Part shown: piece after piece, positions 43,001 through 54,797 of the stretch
How the letters are laid out: every line of letters starts with the position of its first letter
How positions within the stretch are numbered: position 1 is the stretch's first letter
NCBI GenBank assembly: GCA_044070495.1
Contig: JBIPSI010000010.1
Coordinates: 64,001 to 128,000 of the forward strand
Direction: 5' to 3'
DNA length: 64,000 nucleotides
From: Spirulina sp.
GTDB taxonomy: Bacteria; Cyanobacteriota; Cyanobacteriia; Phormidesmidales; Phormidesmidaceae
Notes under the pieces: generated by a model
Seen by the model: the letters and a program-made list of their open reading frames with translations, nothing else
What the model was told of the DNA's origin: nothing
Database searches by the model: none
Position numbers and translations under genes: made by a program

Positions 43001-45142
43001 TCACTCATCCGAATCGTTGCCATTAGCCGAGGAACGACGGCGACGGCGACGGCGAACGTCCGTTTCAACCACTTCTGGGGATGGGGTATCGCCATGGTTA
43101 TCGGCTGCTGCGACCACGGTATCAGCCTCTTGGCTCTGGGCTTCGGCCAGAGACTCACTCCCCGATGGATCGATCTCTGGCGCTGAAAATGCCGGGGTAC
43201 TACCCACCACCCGCTTGACTCGTTTGGGCGCAGATGGAGTCTCATCTACCGCTGGAGCCTCCGCCGGGGTGGCGACATCAGAAGCCCCGATGGAGGCAAC
43301 TGCCAGGTCATGGATCTCCTCCTGATCCATGGCTACAGATCCCAGTCCCCCAGAACTAACGGCAGTGCTTTCCCCCGGTGCCCGAACGGTAATGGTCACG
43401 TTCCGAGGATCAAGAATGGACTCGCCAGTGGCCAGCACCATGGGGGAAATGCCCATCATGGCGTAGATCCGCTGTTCGTCGGTGGTCATCTCCACCGTCA
43501 CGATCTGGGGCGGGGTAGCGAGCTTCTTGTCATGGCGTCCGCCTGTGCGACTGCGACTCGTTCGTGTAGAGGGCTTCTCCTCATCACTGGTGCTATCAAC
43601 GGTGGACACAAGATCCACCACCGGACTAGGCATATCCTTGGCGATGCTGGGCGAAGCACTGTCCCGAGGTACGGGAGCTTCTTTGCCGTTGCTACGCCCA
43701 GGCAGGGGATCTCGACGACGGCGGCGGCGGTTGCCCTTGTTGAGTTTGTCTTGATAGCTGGGATGGTTGATCAGATCCAGTTCCTGCAAATCGGGCTGGG
43801 TCGCTAAGCCATCTAGTTGAGATTCTCGTAGGGTTGGCGTCCAGCTACTGTCTGCTGCGGTGGCGGCGAGGCTAGGACCTGGGGTAACGCCATCCTCGGG
43901 GGGGTGGGCTCCGGGCAGGTGCACCAAATGCCCTAGGCCATTACAGGTCGGACAGGACCGACCAAACAACTCATAGATATTTTGTCCTTGGCGCTTGCGG
44001 GTTAGTTCTACTAGACCCAACTCGGACAGTTGGGAAATCTGTGGTCTGGCTTTATCAGAGCGTAGAGCTTTGCTGAAATGTTCGAGGACTTGCAGCTTGT
44101 CCCGCCGAGAGTCCATGTCGATGAAGTCTACGATAATGACCCCAGCAATGTTACGGAGTCGCAGTTGGCGGGCAATTTCGGTGGCGGCTTCACAGTTCGT
44201 CCAGAGCACCGTTTCGCGGGCGGTGGCGGATCGGGTGAAGGATCCGGAGTTCACGTCAATCACCGTCAGGGCTTCGGTGGGTTCGATGATGATGTAGCCC
44301 CCAGAGGGCAAATCGACCCTGGGTTTGAGGGCTTCGCGAATGGCGGCGTTGACCCGGAAATACTCTAAAATCGGCACCCGCTCCCGATGCTGGTCGATCA
44401 AAACGCCGCTGGGTACCTGGCCATCACTCCAGTTAGACAGGTGCTGCTTGACTCGTTTGAGGCCGCTGCTAGAGTCGGTAACAATGCGGTTGACATCAGC
44501 ATTATAAACGTCGCGCAACACCCGCTGAATAAAGTCGTCATCGCGATTGAGCAAGGCCGGAGGACGGGTGGAGAGCGCCTGCTGCTGGATACTTTCCCAC
44601 TGCTTTTGCAGGGTTTCTAGGTCTTCGATGATGGCATTTTCGCTAATGCCCTCGGCCTCGGTTCGCACCAACAGCCCCATGCCAGCGGGCTTAATGAGAA
44701 TAGCCAAGGCGCGTAGGCGGTTGCGTTCGTTTTCGTTGCGAATGCGGCGGGATAGGTTAACGCCTTTGCCGTAGGGCATCAGCACCAGGTAGCGACCAGG
44801 CAGGGTAATATTCCCGGTCAGGCGCGGCCCCTTGTTGCCCGTCGGCTCCTTCATGATCTGAACCAGCACCTTCTGCTGGGGGGCCACCAGCTCGGTGATG
44901 GAACCCGCCATGCGCTTTAGGCGCAGCGGCCCAAGGTCGGTGACATGCATAAACCCGTTGCGTTCACTGTCCCCAATGTTCACAAAGGCGGCGTCAATGC
45001 CGGGTAAAACGTTTTCAACGGTTCCCAAATAAATGTCGCTGACCTGGTGGCTACCGGTAGCCACAATTAATTCCTGAATCTGATCTTCCGAAAAAACCGC
45101 AGCGATCCGATGCTGCTCAGCAATAACAATCTGCTTCGGCAT
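43001..45142 (-). CDS. rne: Ribonuclease E
   Basis: S1 domain, IDVNSG, DFIDM, CPTC Zn link, C-terminal RRRRRRSSA motif of cyanobacterial RNase E. Confidence 0.96.
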   Translation of the reverse strand: MPKQIVIAEQHRIAAVFSEDQIQELIVATGSHQVSDIYLGTVENVLPGIDAAFVNIGDSERNGFMHVTDLGPLRLKRMAGSITELVAPQQKVLVQIMKEPTGNKGPRLTGNITLPGRYLVLMPYGKGVNLSRRIRNENERNRLRALAILIKPAGMGLLVRTEAEGISENAIIEDLETLQKQWESIQQQALSTRPPALLNRDDDFIQRVLRDVYNADVNRIVTDSSSGLKRVKQHLSNWSDGQVPSGVLIDQHRERVPILEYFRVNAAIREALKPRVDLPSGGYIIIEPTEALTVIDVNSGSFTRSATARETVLWTNCEAATEIARQLRLRNIAGVIIVDFIDMDSRRDKLQVLEHFSKALRSDKARPQISQLSELGLVELTRKRQGQNIYELFGRSCPTCNGLGHLVHLPGAHPPEDGVTPGPSLAATAADSSWTPTLRESQLDGLATQPDLQELDLINHPSYQDKLNKGNRRRRRRDPLPGRSNGKEAPVPRDSASPSIAKDMPSPVVDLVSTVDSTSDEEKPSTRTSRSRTGGRHDKKLATPPQIVTVEMTTDEQRIYAMMGISPMVLATGESILDPRNVTITVRAPGESTAVSSGGLGSVAMDQEEIHDLAVASIGASDVATPAEAPAVDETPSAPKRVKRVVGSTPAFSAPEIDPSGSESLAEAQSQEADTVVAAADNHGDTPSPEVVETDVRRRRRRRSSANGNDSDE

Positions 45143-45728
45143 TCAAATTCCTCATACAACGCTCACTAGGGCGGATAAAATGTAAGACTTTCACTGGAAA
45201 CGAAGCCGCTAGACCCACAGAGCCTACAGGTCAACTCCATCCAGATCGGGGAAAACGAGATTGCAAGAGTTCTATTGTCAAACCCGCCGTAGCAGAGCTA
45301 CGTCGATGACAGCTAAAGGCACACAGGAATCACTCGGGGCCACCGGACAACTTCGGGCACTCCTGGCGATGCCAGAACATGGTTTGAAAAACCGGCATAA
45401 CTGCACAGGAACCCTTAACCGAAGCACCCAGGGCCAAGGACTGATAGCCACTTAAACACTTGCCATGTGCTATCCGTCTAAGCACATTTGGTCTTGTTTA
45501 GTTGCATTATAGCGTCAAGCCCTGCCCATAGCATATAATTGCGGATCTTTGTAGCAGAAATCCGATAAACCTTCCCTAGGGTAGAACCAAGTCCTGGGTG
45601 GCCAAGGTCTCCCGACCATCCCCGTGCCGACGTTTTGCCTGTGACAAGTCAGCAACTGATGCGACGGTAAGCAACCTAATACCGGGACAGGCTAGGACGG
45701 GAGATCAAAGTCTCAGGATAGACCGAAC

Positions 45729-45768
45729 AAAACAGCCACCGATACCTCTGGGGGCGTCGGTGGCTGTT
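45729..45768 (-). terminator. Terminator-like hairpin after rnj
   Basis: AACAGCCACCGA...TCGGTGGCTGTT stem. Confidence 0.6.
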
Positions 45769-45776
45769 GGTGTTTC

Positions 45777-47543
45777 CTAGGAGGCCGAGGCGGCGACGGG
45801 GCTACGGCTCTTTTTATGGGTCTGGGGTTGTTCGGCGGTGGCTCCTTGAAGTAGCAGAATCAGCAGCGGGTCACGCTTATCCAATTCGCGCCGCAGCAGC
45901 CGACGCAAATCGCGATCCATCAAGCCCTTCAGTCCATCCCAATCGATGGTAGGTTGCCCCTTCTGGCCCTTGACGATCAGTTCAGAGCCGTGGGTTTCGA
46001 GCACCTGCTCCAGCACTTGCTGCACCGCCTTCTGGAAACGGTCTGGGTTGATAGCATGGGCCACCCCGCGCAGTTGCACCGTTGGCCCCGCCACCAGCTT
46101 GCCGTTATCACCAATGGTGGCGGCAATGGTAACCACGCCGTCTTCCGCCAGTTGTTGGCGATCCCTTAGGATATCGCGGCCAACAACGCCCACACGGGAG
46201 GAATCCACCAGCTCAATGCCAGAGGGCACCTTACCCGCAATGCGAATGCCAGAGGGATCCACCTCGACCATATCGCCGTTTTGAATGATCACCATATTCT
46301 CGGCAGGAACCCCCATGCTTTGGGCGGTTTCCGAGTGTTTGACCAACATCCGGTGCTCGCCGTGGACGGGCAGGAAGAATTTGGGCTTGGTGAGGGCCAG
46401 CATCAGCTTTTGGTCTTCCTGGGAACCGTGGCCAGAAACGTGGATGCCCTTGTCTTTGCCATAGACCACCTTAGCCCCCCGCATCATCAGTTTGTCGATG
46501 GTGTTGACCACGGCGATGGTGTTGCCAGGGATGGGGTTGGCGGAAAAGACGACGGTGTCCCCCGATTTAATTTTGATTTGGCGGTGGGCATCGTCGGCAA
46601 TGCGGGTGAGGGCGGCCATGGGCTCACCCTGGGAGCCTGTAGTTAGGATCAGAACATTTTCATCCGCCGTTTGGCCCAGGTTGCGCAGGGGCAAAAACAG
46701 GCTTTCGGGGCATTTGATGTAGCCCAAATCGCGGGCGTGGGCAATCACATTTAGCATGGATCGGCCCACCACGAAGACCTTGCGGTTGTGCTTTTGGGCC
46801 AGTTCCAAAATCATGTTGACCCGATGCACCGAGGAGGAGAAGGTGGTGACCAACAGCCGTCCTTCGGCCTTGCCAAATTCCCGATCTAGGTTGGGGAAAA
46901 CGGATCGCTCGGAGGGGGTGTGGCCCGGTAGTTCGGCATTGGTGGAATCGCTGACTAAACACAGGACCCCCCGCTCTCCGGCCTCCGCCAGCCTTTGAAT
47001 ATCAAAGGTTTCCCCGTCCACGGGAGTAAAATCAAACTTGAAGTCGCCCGTGTGCACCACTACGCCTACGGGGGTATGGATAATCACCGAGCAGCTATCA
47101 GCAATGGAGTGGGTATTGCGGATGTATTCCACCAAAAACGAATTACCCACCCGCACCGTTTCGCGGGGGCGCACTCGGCGCAGTTCGGTACGGTCGGCCA
47201 CCCCGGCTTCTTCTAGCTTATTCTCCAGCAGGGCCATGGCCAAGCGGGGGCCATAGATCACCGGAATGTCAAACTGTTTGAGGTGGAAGGCAATGCCGCC
47301 AATGTGGTCTTCGTGACCGTGGGTGACGATCATGCCCTTGATTTTGTCGCGATTTTCCCGCAGGTAGGTGACATCGGGCAGAACAATGTTGACCCCATGC
47401 ATCCCGTCGGTGGGGAAGGCGAGTCCGGCATCGAGCAACATGATTTCGTTGTTGATCTCAAACACACAGGTGTTTTTGCCGATTTCGTGTAGCCCACCGA
47501 GGGGGACGATTTTGAGGGCAGATTGTGATTGTTTGGCTGTCAT
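45777..47543 (-). CDS. rnj: Ribonuclease J
   Basis: LGGLHEIGKN, THGHEDHIG, HTGDFK, HVSGHG, PVHGE. Confidence 0.96.
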   Translation of the reverse strand: MTAKQSQSALKIVPLGGLHEIGKNTCVFEINNEIMLLDAGLAFPTDGMHGVNIVLPDVTYLRENRDKIKGMIVTHGHEDHIGGIAFHLKQFDIPVIYGPRLAMALLENKLEEAGVADRTELRRVRPRETVRVGNSFLVEYIRNTHSIADSCSVIIHTPVGVVVHTGDFKFDFTPVDGETFDIQRLAEAGERGVLCLVSDSTNAELPGHTPSERSVFPNLDREFGKAEGRLLVTTFSSSVHRVNMILELAQKHNRKVFVVGRSMLNVIAHARDLGYIKCPESLFLPLRNLGQTADENVLILTTGSQGEPMAALTRIADDAHRQIKIKSGDTVVFSANPIPGNTIAVVNTIDKLMMRGAKVVYGKDKGIHVSGHGSQEDQKLMLALTKPKFFLPVHGEHRMLVKHSETAQSMGVPAENMVIIQNGDMVEVDPSGIRIAGKVPSGIELVDSSRVGVVGRDILRDRQQLAEDGVVTIAATIGDNGKLVAGPTVQLRGVAHAINPDRFQKAVQQVLEQVLETHGSELIVKGQKGQPTIDWDGLKGLMDRDLRRLLRRELDKRDPLLILLLQGATAEQPQTHKKSRSPVAASAS

Positions 47544-47906
47544 AAAGAACCGTTTTGTAGGTTAAACATGGGACTGAAAACTGGGTATTGCCCCGCAGCA
47601 TGTATGGCCCAAGGCTGTGGCTGGCTGGGCCGGGACGTGCCTAGGACAAGTTAAATCTGGGAGGACATAGGCTAAGGGGCATAGCGAGGCGATGTTGGGG
47701 GTTAGGGAAAACAGCTACGGCTGGGCTAAAGCGATAAACCTGAGATTGGCCCGGTTACGGTAATAATTCGAGGTTAGTTAGGGAGCGTATTCAGTTGTGG
47801 GACAAGCTTGATGGCGGGGCGAACCCATGGCGATAGAAGGAAGATTATCGAAAGTATCTAGGCAGGAGTCTTCCAACCCTATGGACGGAGGTACACCCAT
47901 CCTCGG

Positions 47907-48794
47907 CTACGGCTTCGACATCAGCGCAGCCAGCACCGCTTGGATATGGTGCCGCACCGCTTCACTGGCGGGACAGAGGGGGAGCCGCACAGAACCCACA
48001 TCCCAACCCCGCTGGGCGAGGGCGGTTTTCACAGGCACTGGGTTGGTGGTCACAAACAGCGCCTTAAAGAGCGGCAGCAACTGGAGATGGATATCCATCG
48101 CTTGCCTCACCTGTCCGGCTTCGTAGGCTTGGATCATCTGCTGAAGCTGATCGCCCACGAGATGGCTGGCCACACTGACCACCCCACTACCTCCCACCGA
48201 CAGGGTCGGCAGGGTCAGCGAGTCATCCCCAGAGTAAATGAGAAAGTCGCTGGAAGTGTTCAGCCGAATTTGGCTGACTTGATCCAGGTTGCCGCTGGCC
48301 TCCTTGACTGCGACAATGTTTCCGACCTCGGCTAGGCGGGCAACGGTTTCCACCGCTAAGTTACACCCCGTACGCCCTGGGATGTTGTAGAGCATGATGG
48401 GCAGATCGGGCACGGCCTGGGCAATGTGCCGGAAATGCTCGTACAGCCCCTCCTGGGAAGGCTTGTTGTAGTAGGGCACGACCTGGAGGGCACCATCTAA
48501 ATCGAGATGGCTCGCCTTTTGGGTGGCCTCAATGGCTTCCTGGGTGGAATTAGACCCAGTGCCAGCTATCACCTTTGCCCGCCCTGCGACCGCCTGCTTA
48601 ACTGTCTTAAACAGTTGGTACTCTTCCTCCCAGGATAGGGTGGGGGATTCACCCGTGGTACCGCACACCACGAGGCCATCGCTGCCATGGTTGACCAGGT
48701 GATCCGCTAGACGCTCGGCCATTTCGTAGTTAACGGAGCCATCCGCTGAGAATGGCGTCACCATGGCCGTAAGCACTCTACCGAAATACACCAC
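47907..48794 (-). CDS. dapA: 4-hydroxy-tetrahydrodipicolinate synthase
   Basis: [27 protein letters not shown]. Confidence 0.97.
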   Translation of the reverse strand: MVYFGRVLTAMVTPFSADGSVNYEMAERLADHLVNHGSDGLVVCGTTGESPTLSWEEEYQLFKTVKQAVAGRAKVIAGTGSNSTQEAIEATQKASHLDLDGALQVVPYYNKPSQEGLYEHFRHIAQAVPDLPIMLYNIPGRTGCNLAVETVARLAEVGNIVAVKEASGNLDQVSQIRLNTSSDFLIYSGDDSLTLPTLSVGGSGVVSVASHLVGDQLQQMIQAYEAGQVRQAMDIHLQLLPLFKALFVTTNPVPVKTALAQRGWDVGSVRLPLCPASEAVRHHIQAVLAALMSKP

Positions 48795-48895
48795 TCGAAT
48801 CTACTGTCCTCTGGTTAAAGGGCGTGACCCCCAGAGAAGCCAGCCCGACGTTTGGATTATACCAACTTAGCCCAAAATCTCAGGATGTGAACCCC

Positions 48896-49930
48896 CTAAA
48901 CCGTCACAGGGGTAGCCAATTCGGACTGAACCGCTAGCAATTCTGCAATTTGGACAGCATTCAGGGCAGCCCCTTTGCGGATTTGGTCGCCGCACAGCCA
49001 AAGCTCTAGGGCGTTGGGGTTCGACAAGTCCTGACGAATGCGCCCCACCAGCACATCATCCTGGCCGCTGGCTTCGATGGGCATGGGGAAGTAGTTGCGG
49101 CTCCAGTCTTCTACTACTTTTACCCCAGGGGCTTGACTCAGAATTTGCTTGGCTTCGGCCACGGGGAAGGGCGCGCCAAACTCAATGTTCAGCGCTTCGG
49201 AGTGGGCACGCAGTACGGGAACCCGCACACAGGTGGCCGAAATACGTAGCTCAGGAGACCCAAAAATCTTGCGGGTCTCGTTGACCATTTTCATTTCTTC
49301 CTGGCAGTAGCCCAGTTCATTCAGATCGGAGTTGTGGGGAAATAGGTTGAAGGCGAGGGGATAGGGAAACGCCTCGGCCACGGGTTCTTCCCCGTTCAAA
49401 ATCGCCTGGGCCTGCCGCTTCACTTCCTCCATGGCCCGTGCCCCAGCCCCGCTGGCTGACTGGTAGGTAGACACCACCAAACGCTGGATGGGTTGGATCT
49501 GATGCAGAGGCCACAGGGCCAGGGACATCAGAATTGTGGTGCAGTTGGGATTAGCGATAATGCCCTGGTGCTGGTAGGTTGCCTCTGGGTTTACTTCGGG
49601 AACCACGAGGGGAACGTTGGGATCCATGCGGAAGGCGCTGGAGTTGTCAATGGACACCGCCCCCGCCGCCGAGGCCTTGGGCAGCCATTCCTTAGAAATC
49701 GAGCCGCCCGCCGAGGCCAGCACCAGGTCAATGCCGTCAAAAGCACCCTCGCCCAGAGCTTCCACCGTCAGGGTTTCGCCCATGAAGGACAGCTTGGTAC
49801 CCGCCGACCGGGAGGAAGCCAGCAACTTCAGGGTTTTCACGGGAAAGGCACGCTGTTCCAGAATGGCTAAAAGCTCGGCTCCGACGGCCCCAGTAGCGCC
49901 CAAAACAGCGACGTTCAACCCGTTAGACAC
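48896..49930 (-). CDS. asd: Aspartate-semialdehyde dehydrogenase
   Basis: GATGAVG, ANPNCTT, QSASGAG, RKGAALNAVQIAE. Confidence 0.97.
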   Translation of the reverse strand: MSNGLNVAVLGATGAVGAELLAILEQRAFPVKTLKLLASSRSAGTKLSFMGETLTVEALGEGAFDGIDLVLASAGGSISKEWLPKASAAGAVSIDNSSAFRMDPNVPLVVPEVNPEATYQHQGIIANPNCTTILMSLALWPLHQIQPIQRLVVSTYQSASGAGARAMEEVKRQAQAILNGEEPVAEAFPYPLAFNLFPHNSDLNELGYCQEEMKMVNETRKIFGSPELRISATCVRVPVLRAHSEALNIEFGAPFPVAEAKQILSQAPGVKVVEDWSRNYFPMPIEASGQDDVLVGRIRQDLSNPNALELWLCGDQIRKGAALNAVQIAELLAVQSELATPVTV

Positions 49931-50087
49931 AGCGTTACCCCTTAAAAATTTCTAAATTTAGTCAGTCTGATGATCCTAGCATCTGAGTCCCATCCCCCAT
50001 CGTTTTTGAATCCTCACCCTAGGCCCAACAGCGGCTTGCATTTGGAGTATGCTTATTAACTGCGTCAATTTTTTAGCAGCAGAGCCC

Positions 50088-51515
50088 ATGAAAGTTACCC
50101 AGGAAGTATTGCCCGACAGCCAAGTTGGTCTAGAGATTGAGATTCCCTCAGAGATGTCTCAAAAGACCTACGACCAGGTGCTCAACAAAATGATGCGTAC
50201 CATCAATATTCCTGGCTTTCGTAAGGGGAAGGTGCCCAAGCCCGTGTTCCTACAGCGGGTGGGTATTTCCCAATTTAAGGCGGCGGTGCTAGAGGAATTG
50301 GTGCAGTCGGCGGTGGATCAGGCGATCAAGCAAGAGAAAATCGACGCCATCGGCAACTATCAACTCAAGTCGGACTTCGAGGCGCTGATCAGCCAGTACG
50401 AACCTAGCCAAGGGCTGACCCTTCAGGTTTCCGTGGATGTGCCCCCCCGCGTGACGCTGAAGCAATATAAGGATCTCTCGGTGCAGGCGGAGGAAATTCT
50501 GCCCGACCTAGAGCAGGTGGATCAAACCCTAGAACGCTACCAAAATAATCTGGCTACCCTGGTGCCCGTGGAGGATCGTCCTGCCCAAATGGGCGACATT
50601 GCCGTGATTGACTTTGTCGGCAAGGTGCAGGACGAATCCGGCGAGTGGGAAGCCTTTGAAGGCGGTTCCGCCGAAGACTTCCAGGTGGAACTGTCCGAGG
50701 GCCGCTTCATCCCTGGGTTCATCGAAGGCATTGCTGGCATGGCCCTAGAGGAATCCAAAGATTTGGAAATTGCTTTCCCCGATGACTATTCCCAGCCCGA
50801 CCTTGCCGGGAAGCCTGCGCTGTTTTCCATCACCCTGAAGGAAATTAAGGAAAAGGAACTGCCGGAACTCGACGACGACTTTGCCCAGGAGGTCAGCGAG
50901 TACGAAACCATCGCCGAACTGCGCGACTCCCTCGAAAAGCGCTACACCGAAGAGGCCGAAAACCGTACGAAAACCAACAAAAACGAAGCCCTCATCGAGG
51001 CTCTCGTCGAGCATTTAGAGGCCGAAATTCCCAACACCTTGATCCAGCGGGAGGTGGATTTCCTGCTCTCCCAAACAATCATGCAGTTCAGCCGTCAGGG
51101 CATTGACGTGAACAAACTGCTGACCCGCGACATTGTGGACAACATGCGGAAGCAAGCCCGTCCCGATGCAGTGGCGCGATTGAAGCGCACCCTAGCCCTC
51201 GGTGAAGTGGCCAAGCAGGAGGACATCGCCGTGGAAAAGGATGCCCTAGAGGCCAAGGTCGAGGAGGTCATGGCCGATATCGAGGACATCGACCAAATTG
51301 ATCCGGAGCGGCTGGTTCAGGTGCTTGAGGAAGAACTGCTCCAGGAGAAAATCCTCACCTGGCTAGAGGGGGTCAACACCATCGAGCTAGTGCCCGAAGG
51401 TAGCTTGAAAAAAGCTGACGAAGAAGCTGAAACGGAGGAAGACACGGAAGTCGCTGCCGAAGCCGAAGCCGCCGCATCGGCCACGGTTGACGTAGAAGCA
51501 ACGGCAGCGGACTAG
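50088..51515 (+). CDS. tig: Trigger factor
   Basis: GFRKGKVP signature, FKBP domain FEGG...FIPGF. Confidence 0.96.
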   Translation: MKVTQEVLPDSQVGLEIEIPSEMSQKTYDQVLNKMMRTINIPGFRKGKVPKPVFLQRVGISQFKAAVLEELVQSAVDQAIKQEKIDAIGNYQLKSDFEALISQYEPSQGLTLQVSVDVPPRVTLKQYKDLSVQAEEILPDLEQVDQTLERYQNNLATLVPVEDRPAQMGDIAVIDFVGKVQDESGEWEAFEGGSAEDFQVELSEGRFIPGFIEGIAGMALEESKDLEIAFPDDYSQPDLAGKPALFSITLKEIKEKELPELDDDFAQEVSEYETIAELRDSLEKRYTEEAENRTKTNKNEALIEALVEHLEAEIPNTLIQREVDFLLSQTIMQFSRQGIDVNKLLTRDIVDNMRKQARPDAVARLKRTLALGEVAKQEDIAVEKDALEAKVEEVMADIEDIDQIDPERLVQVLEEELLQEKILTWLEGVNTIELVPEGSLKKADEEAETEEDTEVAAEAEAAASATVDVEATAAD

Positions 51516-51753
51516 ATCTAGACTGAACCGAGCCTCAGGTTTTCGGTCAGGTCAACCTTCTGCGTGGTAGTCCTAGCGGCATCGATCTGGGCTCGAGATA
51601 GCTTAAGGTTTTTCGGTTAGGTCAATGCTCTCCGGGGTAGCCCATGGGTTTTGGGGCATAATGTCGGTTAGGGGTCGCTGATCCCGGCGATAGCGATCCT
51701 GCTCCCCAGGACATTTTTGCTCCGCAGCCCTTGAAATATTCCGCAAACCCACT

Positions 51754-52443
51754 ATGATTGCATCGAACATCGGTTACAGGTCTATTACGAGCTTGAGTTC
51801 TACCGCTGCTAGCCTCAATCAGTTGCAGAACATTCTCCCCGTCGTCGTTGAGCAATCCGGTCGGGGAGAGCGGGCTTTCGATATTTATTCTCGGCTCCTC
51901 CGTGAGCGGATTGTCTTTTTGGGCACTCCGGTGACTGGAGAAGTGGCAGACTCCATCGTGGCTCAGCTGCTCTATCTCGATGCTGAGGATCCTGAGAAGG
52001 ATGTGCAGCTTTACATCAATTCTCCCGGCGGTTCCGTAACGGCAGGCATGGCCATTTACGACACCATGCAGCAGATTCGTCCCGATGTTGTCACCATCTG
52101 CTTTGGCTTGGCAGCCAGTATGGGAGCCTTTCTGCTCTGTGCCGGGGCCAAGGGCAAGCGGCTTTCCCTGCCCAGTTCCCGAATCATGATTCACCAGCCC
52201 CTTGGCGGTGCCCAGGGTCAGGCGGTAGACATCGCCATCCAAGCAAAGGAAATTCTTTACCATAAGAACCGCTTGAATGAATTAATCGCCTACCATACAG
52301 GGCAACCCATAGATCGCGTGGAAGCCGACACCGAGCGGGACTTCTATATGTCGGCAGAGGATGCCAAACAATACGGGCTGATTGACAATGTGGTGGAACA
52401 GCACGCCCTGTCCGCCCATCCCGCTGTGACTGCACTCAATTAG
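51754..52443 (+). CDS. clpP: Clp protease proteolytic subunit
   Basis: [26 protein letters not shown]. Confidence 0.97.
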   Translation: MIASNIGYRSITSLSSTAASLNQLQNILPVVVEQSGRGERAFDIYSRLLRERIVFLGTPVTGEVADSIVAQLLYLDAEDPEKDVQLYINSPGGSVTAGMAIYDTMQQIRPDVVTICFGLAASMGAFLLCAGAKGKRLSLPSSRIMIHQPLGGAQGQAVDIAIQAKEILYHKNRLNELIAYHTGQPIDRVEADTERDFYMSAEDAKQYGLIDNVVEQHALSAHPAVTALN

Positions 52444-52453
52444 GGTCAGATTT

Positions 52454-53794
52454 ATGTCTAAGTACGACTCCCATCTCAAGTGCTCATTTTGTGGCAAGTC
52501 TCAAGAGCAGGTGCGCAAGCTGATTGCGGGGCCGGGGGTCTACATCTGCGACGAGTGCGTTGACCTGTGCAACGAAATTTTGGACGAGGAATTGTTTGAC
52601 GCGGGGGCCACGGTGGCCCAGCCGGTGTCCCGTCGAGAAGCGGTAGCGGCGGATCGCCCCCGGTCTTCGTCCACCATTTCCCTCAGCCAAATTCCGAAGC
52701 CCAGAGAAATTAAAAATTATCTCGATGATCATGTCATCGGCCAAGACGAAGCGAAAAAGGTGTTGTCTGTCGCGGTCTACAACCACTACAAGCGGTTGAG
52801 CTACCTGCAAAGTGTCGAGGGCGAGTCCACCGATGACACCATTGAACTCCAGAAATCCAACATTTTGCTGATTGGCCCCACCGGCTGCGGTAAAACCCTG
52901 CTGGCCCAAACCCTGGCCCGCATTTTGGATGTGCCCTTTGCCGTCGCCGATGCCACCACCCTCACCGAGGCTGGGTATGTGGGAGAGGATGTGGAAAATA
53001 TTCTGCTGCGACTATTGCAGGTTGCCGATTTAGACGTGGAAGAAGCCCAGCGCGGCATCATCTACATCGACGAAATCGACAAAATTGCCCGTAAGAGCGA
53101 AAACCCCTCCATCACCCGCGATGTCTCCGGCGAAGGGGTTCAGCAAGCCCTGCTAAAAATGCTAGAGGGCACCGTCGCCAATGTGCCTCCCCAGGGAGGG
53201 CGCAAGCATCCCTACCAAGACTGCATTCAGATTGACACCAGCAATATTCTATTTATTTGCGGTGGAGCCTTTGTGGGCCTAGAGAAAATTGTTGAGCAGC
53301 GCATGGGCAAAAAGTCGATTGGCTTTGTTCAGCCTGGGGAAGCTCAGCTATCTCGCGAGAAACGGGCAGCGGATGTGCTACGGCATCTAGAACCCGATGA
53401 TCTGGTGAAGTTTGGCTTGATTCCTGAATTTATTGGCCGTATTCCTGCCACCACCGTGGTTGAACCGCTGGATGAAGAATCCCTAGTCGCTATTCTGACG
53501 GAGCCGAAGAACGCCCTAGTCAAGCAATTCCAGAAGCTGATGCGGATGGATAACGTGCAGCTTGACTTTAAGCCCGACGCCCTCAAAGCCATTGCGCGGG
53601 AAGCCTATCGCCGCAAAACCGGAGCCCGTGCCCTGCGCGGCATCATCGAGGAACTGATGCTGGATGTGATGTACGAGCTGCCTTCCCGTAAGGATCTCAA
53701 GCGCTGCACCATCACCCGCGAAATGGTAGAACAGCGGTCTACGGCGGACTTGCTGCTGCACCCCTCCTCCATCCCCACCCCTGAGTCGGCCTAG
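52454..53794 (+). CDS. clpX: Clp ATPase subunit ClpX
   Basis: CSFC zinc finger, [15 protein letters not shown] loop. Confidence 0.98.
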   Translation: MSKYDSHLKCSFCGKSQEQVRKLIAGPGVYICDECVDLCNEILDEELFDAGATVAQPVSRREAVAADRPRSSSTISLSQIPKPREIKNYLDDHVIGQDEAKKVLSVAVYNHYKRLSYLQSVEGESTDDTIELQKSNILLIGPTGCGKTLLAQTLARILDVPFAVADATTLTEAGYVGEDVENILLRLLQVADLDVEEAQRGIIYIDEIDKIARKSENPSITRDVSGEGVQQALLKMLEGTVANVPPQGGRKHPYQDCIQIDTSNILFICGGAFVGLEKIVEQRMGKKSIGFVQPGEAQLSREKRAADVLRHLEPDDLVKFGLIPEFIGRIPATTVVEPLDEESLVAILTEPKNALVKQFQKLMRMDNVQLDFKPDALKAIAREAYRRKTGARALRGIIEELMLDVMYELPSRKDLKRCTITREMVEQRSTADLLLHPSSIPTPESA

Positions 53795-53796
53795 TT

Positions 53797-54672
53797 ATGC
53801 CCTACGTTCAGGTCAATCAGGTCGCTCACTACTACGAGTGGATCGGCGCAGAAACCCCTCGTCCGGCCAGTTCTAGCAAGCCTGTGATGGTCTTTGTCCA
53901 CGGCTGGGCCGGGTCAGCCCGCTACTGGCGCACCACCGCTGAAGCATTGGCTCAAGATTACGACTGCCTGCTCTACGACATGCGTGGCTTTGGCCGTTCC
54001 ACCATTGCCCCCGACCAAGCCGAGGCCCAAAAAGCACGGGGCTATGAGCTAGAAACCTTTGCCGACGACCTGGCGATGCTGTTGGATGCCCTAGACCTAC
54101 CCAAGGTTTCGATCAACGCCCACTCCATGGGGGCTTCGGTCGCGGTCTACTTTTTGAACCGCTATCCCCATCGGGTAGAACGGGCGATTCTCACCTGTAA
54201 CGGCATTTTTGAGTACGACAAAGCCGCCTTTGATGCCTTCTATCGCTTTGGGGGCTATGTGGTGGCCTTCCGCCCCCCGTGGCTCGGCCAAATTCCCCTG
54301 GCCCCCCGCTTTTTCATGGCGCGGTTTCTCCATAAACCGATTCCCGCCGCTGAAAAAATTGCCTTCCTAGAAGATTTCCTCAACGCCGATTACGACACCG
54401 CCCTGGGCACCATTTTTACCTCCGTCAGCAAACAGGCTACAGAGGTGATGCCTGTAGAATTTGCCAAAATTTCCGTGCCTACGCTGCTGGTTTCCGGGGA
54501 GTTCGACAAAATCACCCCTGCACCCCTGGGCCAAAAAGCGGCGGAGTTAAATCCCAAAATTCAGTATGCCCTCGTCAAGAAAACCGGGCATTTCCCTATG
54601 CTGGAAGACGCCGAAACCTACCTAGGCTACGTGCGTTCTTTCCTTGCAGATGTTAGCAGAATCAATTACTAG
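53797..54672 (+). CDS. Alpha/beta hydrolase
   Basis: VHGW, YDMRGFGRS, AHSMG, GHFPMLE. Confidence 0.9.
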   Translation: MPYVQVNQVAHYYEWIGAETPRPASSSKPVMVFVHGWAGSARYWRTTAEALAQDYDCLLYDMRGFGRSTIAPDQAEAQKARGYELETFADDLAMLLDALDLPKVSINAHSMGASVAVYFLNRYPHRVERAILTCNGIFEYDKAAFDAFYRFGGYVVAFRPPWLGQIPLAPRFFMARFLHKPIPAAEKIAFLEDFLNADYDTALGTIFTSVSKQATEVMPVEFAKISVPTLLVSGEFDKITPAPLGQKAAELNPKIQYALVKKTGHFPMLEDAETYLGYVRSFLADVSRINY

Positions 54673-54797
54673 GGCCTTGGGTTGAGTCCTTTAGACAGCG
54701 CTGCAACGCATCGTTTCTAGTCAACATGTGTTCAAATTATCACGGCTTATTCTGCTATAGCTTTGGCTAACTCACTCCACAAAAATTGTCAGATACA

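Noticed and set aside
42997..43245. Extended rnhB N-terminus overlapping rne
   Set aside because: Lies within the conserved rne C-terminus; ATG at 42996 or 43008 fits the expected size
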